From the NCBI GenBank assembly GCA_001798855.1, contig MGQQ01000025.1, positions 1,740 through 65,739 of the forward strand: 64,000 bases of DNA, read 5' to 3'. Of the stretch, positions 42,457 to 52,582 are shown piece after piece. The position numbers were made by a program, and so were the translations under genes. Position 1 is the stretch's first letter. Every line of letters begins with the position of its first letter. The notes below the pieces were generated by a model, which saw nothing but the letters and a program-made list of their open reading frames with translations, was not told the DNA's origin and did no database searches. The DNA is from Deltaproteobacteria bacterium RBG_16_49_23. Its GTDB lineage: Bacteria > Desulfobacterota > BSN033 > UBA1163.

Positions 42457-43485
42457 TCAATTACGAAGAGAAATTTCTTTCGCTCCGATTCCATACCGCT
42501 TAAACCAGTTAAAAATCTCTCCGTATGAAGCTTTCCTCATTGACTTTAACATTCTTCTTTTTTTCCACATATTGGGTAGGCCTTGAAATCCCGATCCATA
42601 CGCCCTTAATAAAATCCAGATTAATCTCCAAGGAGAATAATTTTTTGTAAATTTTCCTGCCGCCCCCCGGTGGGTGACCGCTCCGTAGGCCTGGAACGTA
42701 AACCGATAAAACGTAAAAAAAGGGCTGAGGAGAAGAAGGGCCAGGGGAAAGTATTTGAGGGTGATCCAGAAACGATTTCTCTCTACATAAAAGGCTTTAA
42801 AGGGTGAATATTGTCCTCCTGTTCCAGAGTTCTTATGATAAAGTATGGCTCGGGGAACATAAAGGCTTTTCCATCCTGCCAAGCGGGCGCGGATTCCAAT
42901 CTCGGCGTCATCCGCATAGGCGAAGAAATCTTCGTCAAATAGCCCGACCTCATCAAATACCCTCTTCCGATACATGGCTCCGCAACCCGGGGGGAAGAAA
43001 ATCTCTTCCATCTCCTCATACTGGCCTTGATCTGGCTCAAATTGACCCCGCGCCCGACTCAACCCATCCCAGTAAATCAACTCACCCACTGCTTCGATCT
43101 GGTCCTTCTTATCATAAGAATAGATTTTCGATCCCCACATCCCAGCCATAGGGTCGCAATCAACCGCTTTCACTAATTCCTCAAGCCATCGAGAATCGGT
43201 CCACGTGTCATTATTCAGGAGGACGATATATTCCCCTTTTGCCGCACGAATACCGACATTGTTGCCTCCTGTAAAACCGAGATTTTTCTCCATTCGAATG
43301 ATTTGGACAAAACCCCCGTATCTTTCTTCGACAAACTGGGCCGAGCCATCGGTCGATCCATTGTCCACAAGAATGGCCTCGAAATCTTGAAAGGTCTGGT
43401 CTCTGAGGGAGCCGATACATTCCTCAAGAAATCTTTTCCCATTCCAATTGGGAATGATCACCGATAAAAGGGGGAAAGTTCCCAT
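42457..43485 (-). CDS. GT2 glycosyltransferase
   Basis: IPNWNG, VDNGSTDGS, NLGFTGGNN, LLNNDT, FDEDFFAY. Confidence 0.92.
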   Translation of the reverse strand: MGTFPLLSVIIPNWNGKRFLEECIGSLRDQTFQDFEAILVDNGSTDGSAQFVEERYGGFVQIIRMEKNLGFTGGNNVGIRAAKGEYIVLLNNDTWTDSRWLEELVKAVDCDPMAGMWGSKIYSYDKKDQIEAVGELIYWDGLSRARGQFEPDQGQYEEMEEIFFPPGCGAMYRKRVFDEVGLFDEDFFAYADDAEIGIRARLAGWKSLYVPRAILYHKNSGTGGQYSPFKAFYVERNRFWITLKYFPLALLLLSPFFTFYRFTFQAYGAVTHRGAAGKFTKNYSPWRLIWILLRAYGSGFQGLPNMWKKRRMLKSMRKASYGEIFNWFKRYGIGAKEISLRN

Positions 43486-43494
43486 ACTCGTCTA

Positions 43495-44340
43495 TCAAAG
43501 GCCTAACAATCGATCCACTCTTCCAAACTTAAAATGGCTTAAAAGAAACTCAAGTTTTTGAAGCGCTGAGTCAATCCCATAGTAAGATATGATTCTGTTG
43601 AGGAAAGATAATTTCAACCGGGGCGTTTCAGCATGCCCCTCCCATGGATGGAAATAGAGGAGGAAGGGGTGGCTCCGATTGATCCTGCTCAATCCCCAAT
43701 GAAGGAATGAAAGCGGAAACATTCTCAAATAGAAGCCTCCTGCAAGGGGAATCTTCAGTTTCCCTAAAACCAACGGAGGGGTAGGAAACTCCATGAGCGG
43801 GCTGGCGGGATCCTCTTCTCGAACATCCTTCAAAGAGATCCGGTAAGGTCGCATCGGCGCTCCGCTCACTCCGTAGAGAGGATTTAATTTTACCGGGAAA
43901 ATGCTCGCATCATATTGATACCCAAAGTCCACGAGTATTTCAAGAGCCCATTTTGTTCGATTGTCGAGAGAAAAAGAAGGAGCCCGAAACCCCTTGATCT
44001 TCACTTTCCCCAGAATCCCTTCCATCACCGAATGGAAATGTCCCAACTCCTCCCTGAAGAGATCTCTGTTCAACTTCCATAAAGGATGGTGCGAAAAACC
44101 ATGGCAGCCGATTTCGTGACCTTTCTCAACAATGGAGCGAATGAGGTCCGGATGTCGCTCTGCAACCTCACCTACGACGAAGAAGGAGGCTTTGATTCGG
44201 TATTGGTCCAACAGGGCGAGGACCTTCCGGGTCGCCTCTCCCGCCTGGAAGGGGGGCCGTCTCTCCCCTCTCAGCAATTCGGAATGGAACCACTCTTCCG
44301 TATCAATCGCCAAAGCATTTATCATGGTCGTCTTAGTCAT
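43495..44340 (-). CDS. Polysaccharide deacetylase (DUF3473-type)
   Basis: IDTEEWF, HEIGCHGFSH, GFRAPSFS, GGFYLR, YFHPWE. Confidence 0.88.
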   Translation of the reverse strand: MTKTTMINALAIDTEEWFHSELLRGERRPPFQAGEATRKVLALLDQYRIKASFFVVGEVAERHPDLIRSIVEKGHEIGCHGFSHHPLWKLNRDLFREELGHFHSVMEGILGKVKIKGFRAPSFSLDNRTKWALEILVDFGYQYDASIFPVKLNPLYGVSGAPMRPYRISLKDVREEDPASPLMEFPTPPLVLGKLKIPLAGGFYLRMFPLSFLHWGLSRINRSHPFLLYFHPWEGHAETPRLKLSFLNRIISYYGIDSALQKLEFLLSHFKFGRVDRLLGL

Positions 44341-44387
44341 ACTAAAATTTTATTAGTGCCAAGGTTAGGAAGCCAGCTTGGTTTAGG

Positions 44388-44520
44388 GTCAATCGGTTAA
44401 GGTTACGGTTACGAAGCCCGTTTCGTTTAGCGTTAAAAGGTGAAGTTAAGGATTCAAAAACGAGTAACGTAACCGATTGACGATACGGGCATCTTTACCG
44501 TTACCTTTTAACCATGACTT
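44388..44520. repeat. Hexamer (GGTTAC/GTAACC) mirror tract with a 12-bp inverted repeat
   Basis: GTCAATCGGTTA (44388-99) / TAACCGATTGAC (44470-81). Confidence 0.6.
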
Positions 44521-44528
44521 TTACGTAA

Positions 44529-45608
44529 TTAGATCACATCCGTATCCCCCCAGTTGACATACCATTTCTCGGGAGAAAGCAATATCTCCTTTCCAGAATG
44601 GGGATAGACCATAAAAAGAAATGTCTTTAAACTGGGCAGAAATCCCATTCTTCTCAGGATCTTATAATAAAGATGATCAAGAGGAACCATGAAGCCGAGG
44701 AGATCGGTCCGTTCCGCCCTGCTGTGTTCAATCCCTTTCTCCACGAGCCCTATAAGGGTCGCTTCATCCAATGCCAATAAATCGACGATGACGGTACTGT
44801 CGAAGTTGAGGAGCTTCACCTTTCTCAGGATAATATACCCTTTCATTTCGCCGCTTATCTTTGCTCGATAAATAGAATAGGTTCGAGTAGGATGCCGGAG
44901 GTATCGCCAATTTAAATAATTTTGATCCCGGATTCCCAAGATGGGATAAAGGGTGGATGCCTTTTGCCAGAAACCATTGAACGCGTCATCCAATAAGTCT
45001 ACCTTTTCGATTTCAGCCTCTCCCGTCCTTTTTTTCCTCTTTAACCCATGGAGAAGAAAATAGAAAAACCTGGCCACTCCTCCGATCAAAAGGCTCAGGG
45101 GTTGAAAACGGAGGTACCGGTTGATAACACCGCTAAAATTTATAGGATAAACCACGACGGGAAGTTTCACCATCTTCCTCCACCCAATTTTTTTAAACCC
45201 ATTAATAGTCTCCCGCCTGATGGGGTAGGAGCTCATAAAAAAACAATTGTCATTCTTCACCCGTTGAATGGCATATTTCCCCATCGCCTGGAAAATGCCT
45301 TTTCTCCAGTAATCAGGATGCACCATCAAATCGAGGGAAAGGGTTCCGAGAACAGCTTCTCCTCCGACTGAAAACCGCCTTGGGATATCGGCAAAATGGG
45401 CGATGATTTTTCTCTGATCCTCTACGATGTAGATCGACGCCCTTCCATCCGGGTTTTCAATGAACTCCCATCTCCAGAATCTTGGATCGAGTTTGTCTCG
45501 TTCTTCTTCTCTGAAAACAATTTCTCGAAGGGATAAGATCCCCCCCATATCCATCTCATTCCCATCCCGAACTTGCCACTCACTCATGTTATGATTCGTT
45601 CTGTTCAT
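44529..45608 (-). CDS. GNAT-family N-acetyltransferase
   Basis: DLMVHPDYWRKGIF acetyl-CoA motif; YLNWRY; C-terminal GDTD. Confidence 0.8.
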   Translation of the reverse strand: MNRTNHNMSEWQVRDGNEMDMGGILSLREIVFREEERDKLDPRFWRWEFIENPDGRASIYIVEDQRKIIAHFADIPRRFSVGGEAVLGTLSLDLMVHPDYWRKGIFQAMGKYAIQRVKNDNCFFMSSYPIRRETINGFKKIGWRKMVKLPVVVYPINFSGVINRYLRFQPLSLLIGGVARFFYFLLHGLKRKKRTGEAEIEKVDLLDDAFNGFWQKASTLYPILGIRDQNYLNWRYLRHPTRTYSIYRAKISGEMKGYIILRKVKLLNFDSTVIVDLLALDEATLIGLVEKGIEHSRAERTDLLGFMVPLDHLYYKILRRMGFLPSLKTFLFMVYPHSGKEILLSPEKWYVNWGDTDVI

Positions 45609-45611
45609 CCG

Positions 45612-46928
45612 TTAGAGATCAGGCTCTGCTGCTCTGCCCTCCTTTTTCCCGCCCCGATACGGACGATAAACCAAATAAAAGTTTATGGCCATAAGGCAGA
45701 GAGCCACGATGCCCACAATAAAAAGAACCTGCATTAAACTTTTATGAAAGAGTATTATCAACCCACTCTGGACCAGGGTGCAGAGAATAAGAGGATAGAG
45801 AAATCCTCTTTGGTCGGTTGAGAGTTGGTAATGAATTAGAATCAAACTGAGAGAAAAGAAGGTCATATTGAGGGAAAAGATTCCAACTAAGGGAATGCAT
45901 TCCAAATAAACTTTTCCGCTCAAGCCTTGAATCACAAGAGAGGGCAGAAGGGAGCTGATGAAGGTGGCTCCACCGCAGAGGAAAGCCGTGAGGATCAAGC
46001 TATTTCTTAAGATGGAAAAAGCTTTCGTCTCTTGTTTTTCCATTCTCAGGGAGGCGAGTTTGGGAAACATCACCATCACAACCGGGAAGGGAAAAACAAA
46101 AATAATTTTTCCGACCATCTGAGCGATTGAATAATGGCCCGCCTCAAGAGGCAGGAAGAAATGTTTCACCCAAATTAAATCGATATTCGTCAAAACCATA
46201 AAACAAAATAAGGTCAACCCGACCGGGAGAGAATAGAGGTAGACCTTGGAAAAATCTATTTGATTGCTATCACCGGAACCTAATCCTGGATTGGCCTTGT
46301 CCTTCCCCTGGTCCAGGCTCATTTTTAAAATAAGGAAGGATAATATGGTTGTGATGAAATAGGAGATGACCACAGCGCTCAGGGCGCCGGATACCCCCAA
46401 ACCGAATAAAACGGAGGCAATGCCCAGAACACATTTACTCCCCCCGTTGATGACGAGGTTGAATGCCAGGGAGCCAAATTGCTGCAACCCTTGGAGCCCT
46501 CCCCATGACACCTGAATGACTATAGCGAGAAAAAGACTCGCTCCTAAAAGTAAAATCATCCCATAAGAGGAAATCTGAAGAAAAGAGGAAATGAACGGAC
46601 TTCCCAGAGAGATCAATAAAAACAGGGAAAGACCGATGACCAACATCAACCGGAAAACGTGACGCAGCAGGCTACGGACCTCCTCTAATTGGTTCATCGC
46701 ATGAAAAGAGGAAACAAACTTGGTTACGGTCGTCTGGACCGTCCCGGCAGGAACGGAGATGATCATAAACAGCGTGATCAATGTATTGAGGTGGCCGTAG
46801 TCAACAGGGGAAAGCAGCCTTAACATGGAGAAATGATACAGGAGGCCGAACAGGTTGAAAAGGCCGATGCCGATGAACATCAATCCCGTATGTCTGAAAA
46901 ACTCATTTTTAATCCCTAAAAACTTCAA
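45612..46928 (-). CDS. Oligosaccharide flippase (Wzx-like)
   Basis: About 12 hydrophobic segments; RLLSPVDYG; NIDLIWVKHFF..AGHYS..FP. Confidence 0.85.
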   Translation of the reverse strand: MKFLGIKNEFFRHTGLMFIGIGLFNLFGLLYHFSMLRLLSPVDYGHLNTLITLFMIISVPAGTVQTTVTKFVSSFHAMNQLEEVRSLLRHVFRLMLVIGLSLFLLISLGSPFISSFLQISSYGMILLLGASLFLAIVIQVSWGGLQGLQQFGSLAFNLVINGGSKCVLGIASVLFGLGVSGALSAVVISYFITTILSFLILKMSLDQGKDKANPGLGSGDSNQIDFSKVYLYSLPVGLTLFCFMVLTNIDLIWVKHFFLPLEAGHYSIAQMVGKIIFVFPFPVVMVMFPKLASLRMEKQETKAFSILRNSLILTAFLCGGATFISSLLPSLVIQGLSGKVYLECIPLVGIFSLNMTFFSLSLILIHYQLSTDQRGFLYPLILCTLVQSGLIILFHKSLMQVLFIVGIVALCLMAINFYLVYRPYRGGKKEGRAAEPDL

Positions 46929-48451
46929 TAAATGACCTCGTAAAGAATCGATATCTGGCCCGTTTTTCTAAATATTTCCTTCAAATCGGCTGGATGAATT
47001 GATTCAAGAAAGCCTGGGTTTGTCTCCTGGATGTTCTTATATATGAAAATGAAACCGACCTTTTTTTCTTTGCCAAACTGGATAATTTCTTTGTAGGATC
47101 TCCCAGGATGCTTGGAGGTAGGAATGCCCAAGGGCATCGGGACCCAATCCCGTTCTGCATAAAAAACTTCCTGAGGGCTATTGCTCATAATGATTGCATC
47201 CGCGGGTGTATTCTGTTTTAACCGGCCCCCTGCCTTTTCCTGTTCCGCGCGATGTCTTCTTTCGGGAGTCAAACTTTTGGGTAACTGAATCAAAATGACG
47301 ATGAGAATCAACCCCAAAACTACCCTTTCTGGGTTGGATATTTTAATTTTTTCCATCATTCTTTTTATCTCTAAAATACCCGCGCCAGCCCAGAACAGGG
47401 AGAGAGGAATGACCGGAACTGAAAAACGGATGGTGGAAGGAAGAAAGGTGGAAAGAGAAACCAGATGGAATAACACCAAAGAGGCTAAAAACAGCTCACA
47501 GGGTATCCACTTTTTCCGGATTCTTATCAGTCCGAAAAAAAGAAATAGCCAGAATGAAAAGTGATAAGCCCTCAGATAGTGGTAGGTTACAGAAGGAAGA
47601 TTGCGAACGATGTTCCGAGTGATCCAACGGATATTTGAATTCTTTTTTTCTTGTTTATTCTCATCCATGCCTTTTGAGGGTTGGATTTTCTCGACTCTCT
47701 TCTTAAATAATTCTGATTGGGCATCGACGGCCTTTTTGCTGATAAGCCATCGGCCTGTCTCTTGATGAACATAGATCACGTAGGGGATGCCCAGAATAAC
47801 AATACTCGATGCCAGAGCCCCGATGAGGACAGGCGCCTTGAGCCACCTCTTTTTCAGAATGCTATCCCCAACGATCCAGACCAGATAGACCAAAACATAA
47901 CCAATCCCCTCAGGTCGCGTGAGGTAGGCAAGACCAAGAAAGAGTCCGGAGAGCCCCATCTTCCATACGTTCCCGTTCTGGAGTCCTGTCCAGAAGAAAT
48001 AAACCGACAGGAGTAAGACTCCCCAATAAGTAGCCTCCGTGAGGAACATTCCGGAATAGGTCACCAGGTAGGGATGGAAAGCATAAAAAAGAGCTGAGAA
48101 GATAGCCTCTTTCTGACCGATTGTTTTTTTGACTAAATAAAAGAGAGGAAGGAGGGTGAACGTTCCAAAAAAAAGAGACACCAACCTCCCCGTTAATTCC
48201 ACATGTGTGGTGTTCGTAGAAAATAGTGAGATTAAAAGAGGGTATAACGGATGGCCGGGGATGGCTAACCCCTTTGCAAAAAGGCCTTTTAAAAAATCCC
48301 TGGCCATAAACCCATAGACGGCGCTGTCATTGGCAATTCCCTGGGCCATCAGGACTGCATAAAGTCTCAGAATAAAAGCGACCGAAAGGAGAATGACAAG
48401 GATTTGCCTCTCGTTCAGATTTTTAAAATAAATGAGGATCTTATTGACCAT
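46925..48451 (-). CDS. ArnT/PMT-like (GT-C) membrane glycosyltransferase
   Basis: NDSAVY, HPLYPLLI, LTEA, LAYLTRPEG; polytopic. Confidence 0.85.
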   Translation of the reverse strand: MVNKILIYFKNLNERQILVILLSVAFILRLYAVLMAQGIANDSAVYGFMARDFLKGLFAKGLAIPGHPLYPLLISLFSTNTTHVELTGRLVSLFFGTFTLLPLFYLVKKTIGQKEAIFSALFYAFHPYLVTYSGMFLTEATYWGVLLLSVYFFWTGLQNGNVWKMGLSGLFLGLAYLTRPEGIGYVLVYLVWIVGDSILKKRWLKAPVLIGALASSIVILGIPYVIYVHQETGRWLISKKAVDAQSELFKKRVEKIQPSKGMDENKQEKKNSNIRWITRNIVRNLPSVTYHYLRAYHFSFWLFLFFGLIRIRKKWIPCELFLASLVLFHLVSLSTFLPSTIRFSVPVIPLSLFWAGAGILEIKRMMEKIKISNPERVVLGLILIVILIQLPKSLTPERRHRAEQEKAGGRLKQNTPADAIIMSNSPQEVFYAERDWVPMPLGIPTSKHPGRSYKEIIQFGKEKKVGFIFIYKNIQETNPGFLESIHPADLKEIFRKTGQISILYEVIY

Positions 48452-48458
48452 GTTTTTA

Positions 48459-48631
48459 TAAGTCAGTCCAAAATTGTCCAGACATCGACCCTCTAATCCC
48501 TCCTTTCCTCCCTTTGCAAAAGGGAGGAACTTCCCCTCTTTGGCCGCCGGCCCATAGGGCCTCTGGCCCGGAGGGCAGAGGGGTCAGGGGAGATTTTCAG
48601 AAATATGTCTTCTCAATAATGGACTCATTAG
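48459..48631. mobile_element. MITE family B (inverted relative to 21166) with nested micro-element F
   Basis: TTA|TAAGTCAGTCCAAAATTG...CAATAATGGACTCATTAG|TAA; CCGCCGGCCCATAGGGCCTCTGGCCCGGAGGG lies in a hairpin loop. Confidence 0.85.
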
Positions 48632-48660
48632 TAAGTTAACCCTACCGATTCATTTTGGTT

Positions 48661-49797
48661 TTATGAATACTTTACCAATATCTGAATGATCATTTCCCCT
48701 GCCTTCCCGTCTCCAAATAGTTTCATCCTATTTTTAATAGTTTTTCTTCTCTTCATCCGGTTCACTGCATTTACAATCTTTTTGCTTTCGGTCCCGACCA
48801 ACATATTCCATCCGTTCTTAACCGTTTCGACCCATTCCGTCTCTTTCCTCAACGTGAAACAGGGAACCCGAAACCAATAAGCCTCTTTCTGAACCCCCCC
48901 CGAATCAGTCAGGATCGCTTTCGCATTTCTTTCCAGGACTAACATATTGAGATAGGAGACAGGATCGATGAGCTTCACCCTTGAAGGATCAAAGGAAGGG
49001 TTACAGATTTTCATCATCTTCCTGGTTCTGGGATGGATAGGAAGAATGACGGGGACATCTTTCGCTATTTCATTCAAGGCTCCGAAAATGGATTTTAATC
49101 TTTTCGGGTCGTCTGTATTTTCGGCACGGTGAAGGGTGGCTAAATAATATTGGGGAATGCGGATTGCGGAATGCGGATTGTAGAGGCCAAGATCTGCAAG
49201 GATTGAAGATTTTTTTTCAGCTATTTTTGAATAGTAAAGGATCGAATCGTACATCACATCGCCGACATTTTTTACAATCTTCTCCCAACCCGGTTTGATT
49301 CCCTCCTCGGCTAAATTTTTAACCGCCTGGCTTGTGGGACAGAAGAGAAAAGTGGAGAGATGGTCGGTGAGAAGGCGATTGGTTTCCTCTGGCATGATCC
49401 GGTTATAGCTTCTTAAGCCGGCCTCCACATGGACTACTGGGATATTTAACTTTGCAGCAGCCAACGCTCCAGCCAAAGTCGAATTCGTATCTCCATAAAC
49501 AACGACTTTATCCGGTTTCTCTTTTTCGAGAACAGTCTCAACTCGTTCGAGCATGATGCCGGTCTGCTTCCCATGCGGTCCAGAGCCCACACCGAGGTTG
49601 TAATCCGGCTTAGGAATCTCCAATTCTTCGAAAAAAACCCGATTCATCAGGTAGTCGTAATGTTGACCTGTATGAACCAGAATCTCTCTGATTTTTCCTT
49701 CGGGGGGGGACTTCTGGTTATGTATCTCAATGGCCCGGCTGACGGCAGCGACTTTAATAAATTGGGGCCTTGCCCCAACGATGGTCACAATCTTCAC
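48661..49797 (-). CDS. wecB: Non-hydrolysing UDP-GlcNAc 2-epimerase (WecB/WbpI-like)
   Basis: GARPQFIK, HTGQHYD, GDTNST, HVEAGLRS, TDSGGVQKEA. Confidence 0.93.
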   Translation of the reverse strand: MKIVTIVGARPQFIKVAAVSRAIEIHNQKSPPEGKIREILVHTGQHYDYLMNRVFFEELEIPKPDYNLGVGSGPHGKQTGIMLERVETVLEKEKPDKVVVYGDTNSTLAGALAAAKLNIPVVHVEAGLRSYNRIMPEETNRLLTDHLSTFLFCPTSQAVKNLAEEGIKPGWEKIVKNVGDVMYDSILYYSKIAEKKSSILADLGLYNPHSAIRIPQYYLATLHRAENTDDPKRLKSIFGALNEIAKDVPVILPIHPRTRKMMKICNPSFDPSRVKLIDPVSYLNMLVLERNAKAILTDSGGVQKEAYWFRVPCFTLRKETEWVETVKNGWNMLVGTESKKIVNAVNRMKRRKTIKNRMKLFGDGKAGEMIIQILVKYS

Positions 49798-49843
49798 TTC
49801 TTTGCTCCGCTCAAAACGTGTTCCTTGTTCATTACATTCAGTA

Positions 49844-49890
49844 TAATCCCCCTCAGTCCCCCTTTAACAAAGGGGGATTTAGGGGGATTT
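49844..49890. repeat. Stand-alone CCCCCTTT..AAAGGGGG palindrome
   Basis: AATCCCCCTCAGTCCCCCTTTAACAAAGGGGGATTTAGGGGGATT. Confidence 0.75.
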
Positions 49891-49896
49891 GTTTTT

Positions 49897-50466
49897 TCAG
49901 GTTGGTTTAACCCCTGTAGGATACTTTCTATATTTTTTCCCGCAGGCTTTACAAATTGCTTTCCCGGATCGAAACGTAATCTCCTCGGCACACTGGCAGA
50001 CCCATCCCTGCACTTTCCCCGGATTTCCATAGACCAGGGCATAATCCGGAATATCTCTGGTCACAACAGAGCCAGCTCCAATCAAAGCATACTGTCCTAT
50101 TGTATTACCACAGATGATCGTTGCATTGGCCCCGATCGTCGCGCCTTTTTTGATCAGCGTCTGCCGGATCTCTTTCATCCTTGAAATAAAGCTCCGGGGG
50201 TTGAAGACATTGGTAAAAACCATGGATGGACCGCAAAAAACATCATCCTCCAATACGACGCCGCTATAAATGGAGACATTGTTTTGTACTTTGATATTCT
50301 TCCCCAGCACAGCGCCGGAAGCAATAAAAACATTCTGCCCGATGATACACCGCTTCCCGATCTTTGCGCCCGACATGATATGGGAGAAATGCCAGATCTG
50401 GGTCCCATCGCCAATCTCCACGGGTTCGTCGACCACTGCCGTTGGGTGAACAAAATAATTCTCCAT
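49897..50466 (-). CDS. Hexapeptide N-acetyltransferase (WbpD/WlbB-like)
   Basis: IWHFSHI, KVQNNVS, FCGPSMVFTNV, GWVCQC..CKACG. Confidence 0.92.
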   Translation of the reverse strand: MENYFVHPTAVVDEPVEIGDGTQIWHFSHIMSGAKIGKRCIIGQNVFIASGAVLGKNIKVQNNVSIYSGVVLEDDVFCGPSMVFTNVFNPRSFISRMKEIRQTLIKKGATIGANATIICGNTIGQYALIGAGSVVTRDIPDYALVYGNPGKVQGWVCQCAEEITFRSGKAICKACGKKYRKYPTGVKPT

Positions 50467-50470
50467 CTTT

Positions 50471-51481
50471 TCATCTCCAAAAAAGATTGACAGGGGCCCC
50501 TTTGTTGGCTAAGGATTGTTGGGCTGCCATCAGGATGTTGATCACTCTTAACCCATCCCGCCCCCCTGTTTTCGGTTCTTTCCTCGATTCAATGCACTGG
50601 ATGAAATGCTCGGCCTCGGCCCTGAGAGGTTCGATCATCTTCACGTTCGGGATGGTGATATCCCCGAACCTCAGGCTTAGATACTCCCCGTAGGTGTCAT
50701 AAGAGAGGTTCTTGACCCCTTTGTCATAAATCTTCAGTTTCTCGGAGGACTCCATGTCATCGAAAACGACCATTTTCTCCGACCCCACAATGGTGACCTT
50801 CCTCAACTTATGAGGGTCCAGCCAGCTTAAATGGATGTTGGCCATCTTTCCGTCGGAAAAGCGGAGACTGACGAAGACAACATCTTCAATCCCCTTCTGG
50901 ATATAGCTTTCTCCATGGGCGGTGACGGCGACCGGTTCTTCATCAATGAGGTAAAGGATGACGGAAATGTCATGAGGTGCAAAAGACCAGAGGGCGTTTT
51001 CATCCTGCCGGATGACTCCGAGATTGACCCGCTGGGTGTAAATATAATAGATCTTCCCCATTGCCCCGGAGCGGACCATTTCTCTCAACCGGTCCACCAC
51101 GGGATGATATACGAGAAGATGGCCCACCATGAGAATCCTTTGGTCCCTCTCTGCCATCTCCGCCATCTCTTTCGCCTCCTCTGATCTCATGGCCATGGGC
51201 TTTTCAACCAGCACATCTTTGCCCGCCAGCAATGATTCTTTGGCCAGAGAATAATGGGAGGTCGCAGAAGAAGCGATGACGACCCCTTTGATCTCAGGGT
51301 CCTGTAAGATGGGGGTTATTCCCCCCACCGTTTTGGACTGGGGATAGAGTTTCTGGAGTTGCGCCAGTCTGGATGGATCGGAATCACAGATATATTTCAA
51401 CCGGACGTTGGGAATCTCGGAAAAGACCCGGACATGGTTTCTCCCCCATGCCCCAGCTCCCACCACGGCAATGTCAATCAT
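50471..51481 (-). CDS. Gfo/Idh/MocA oxidoreductase
   Basis: GAGAWG, VEKPMA, WSFAPHD, SWLDPHK. Confidence 0.9.
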   Translation of the reverse strand: MIDIAVVGAGAWGRNHVRVFSEIPNVRLKYICDSDPSRLAQLQKLYPQSKTVGGITPILQDPEIKGVVIASSATSHYSLAKESLLAGKDVLVEKPMAMRSEEAKEMAEMAERDQRILMVGHLLVYHPVVDRLREMVRSGAMGKIYYIYTQRVNLGVIRQDENALWSFAPHDISVILYLIDEEPVAVTAHGESYIQKGIEDVVFVSLRFSDGKMANIHLSWLDPHKLRKVTIVGSEKMVVFDDMESSEKLKIYDKGVKNLSYDTYGEYLSLRFGDITIPNVKMIEPLRAEAEHFIQCIESRKEPKTGGRDGLRVINILMAAQQSLANKGAPVNLFWR

Positions 51482-51499
51482 AGAACCCCCTTTTAAATA

Positions 51500-51572
51500 A
51501 CATTGATCAATGACCTATGAGCAATGATCAATTTTCAATGATCATTGGATATTGATGATTGAGCATTGATCA
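51500..51572. repeat. Mirror-symmetric heptamer tract
   Basis: TCAATGA units then CATTGAT/CATTGGA. Confidence 0.6.
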
Positions 51573-52514
51573 CTTTGTTTCTTTGAGGCCCATTCCTTCC
51601 GGGCACCCCTTCAGATGCCACCAGAGAAGATAGGCATAAACCGATAATCTTCTTTTCCACTTTTCCTTGGCAAAATAAGTCAGAAGGTTCGCTAAACCCA
51701 TCGAGACAAATTCAATCATCAGTTTTATAATCAGTCCAACGCACAGGAGCAACCATTGAACGTTCCCTTTATGTTTCTCAAAATATTGGTAACGGGATCG
51801 GTAGTATTCCACTTTGGCCTGTTTCTTATCCCTCTCGGCACTCTTTCCCTGGAGGTGATAAATCTTCGCCGCGGGGACATGGATGATCTTCCAGCCGGCT
51901 TTCTTCATCCGGTAACACCAGTCCGTCTCCTCAAGAAAAAGGAAGTAATCTTCATCCAGCAGCCCCGCCTGCCCGATCGCCTCCCGTCTCACCATCATAC
52001 AAGCCCCGATCACCGAATCGACTTCAATGGGCATGGAATAGATTCTCTCCTTGCCGGGAAATTGATCGGGGAAGAGCCATCGTAACAGCCTCTTATTCAG
52101 AAGTTCCGTGGCCAGAGACGGGAAATTGGCGATGGAGTTCTGTTTGGAGCCATCCGGGTTCAACAGCTGAGCTCCCGCCACACCCGCCTCCGGATGTCCA
52201 TCCATAAAAGAGAGCAAGGCTTCCATGGCTCCCTCTTTCACCCGAGTATCCGGGTTGAGGAGCAGAAGATATTTCCCCCGCGAGAGCATGATCCCTTGAT
52301 TGCTGGCTTTGGCAAACCCGAAGTTTTGTTTGTTTTGAATGAGTTTCCAGTCCTGGAATCTCTCTTTCATCGCCTCCTGGCTACCATCGATAGATCCATT
52401 ATCAACGACAATCACTTCCATTTCAATCTTCTTCCTATTTCCATAAATCGACTCTAAACATTCAAGGAGAAAGTCTTTTGTATTCCAATTGACGATGATG
52501 ATTGAAAGATCCAT
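51570..52514 (-). CDS. GT2 glycosyltransferase
   Basis: IIVNWN, VDNGS, LLNPD, LDEDYFLFLEETDWC. Confidence 0.92.
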   Translation of the reverse strand: MDLSIIIVNWNTKDFLLECLESIYGNRKKIEMEVIVVDNGSIDGSQEAMKERFQDWKLIQNKQNFGFAKASNQGIMLSRGKYLLLLNPDTRVKEGAMEALLSFMDGHPEAGVAGAQLLNPDGSKQNSIANFPSLATELLNKRLLRWLFPDQFPGKERIYSMPIEVDSVIGACMMVRREAIGQAGLLDEDYFLFLEETDWCYRMKKAGWKIIHVPAAKIYHLQGKSAERDKKQAKVEYYRSRYQYFEKHKGNVQWLLLCVGLIIKLMIEFVSMGLANLLTYFAKEKWKRRLSVYAYLLWWHLKGCPEGMGLKETK

Positions 52515-52582
52515 AAATGACTCGAATGATACAGAAGGGTACGGATTGTATCCGCTCTGTCCGTTGCAAAGGGTCAGGGGGG

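Noticed and set aside
49794-50042. Small ORFs containing PPKSPFVKGGLRG-type peptides (also 8221, 19710, 33817, 62471)
   Set aside because: Translations of palindromic or heptamer repeats or alternative frames, not supported as genes.
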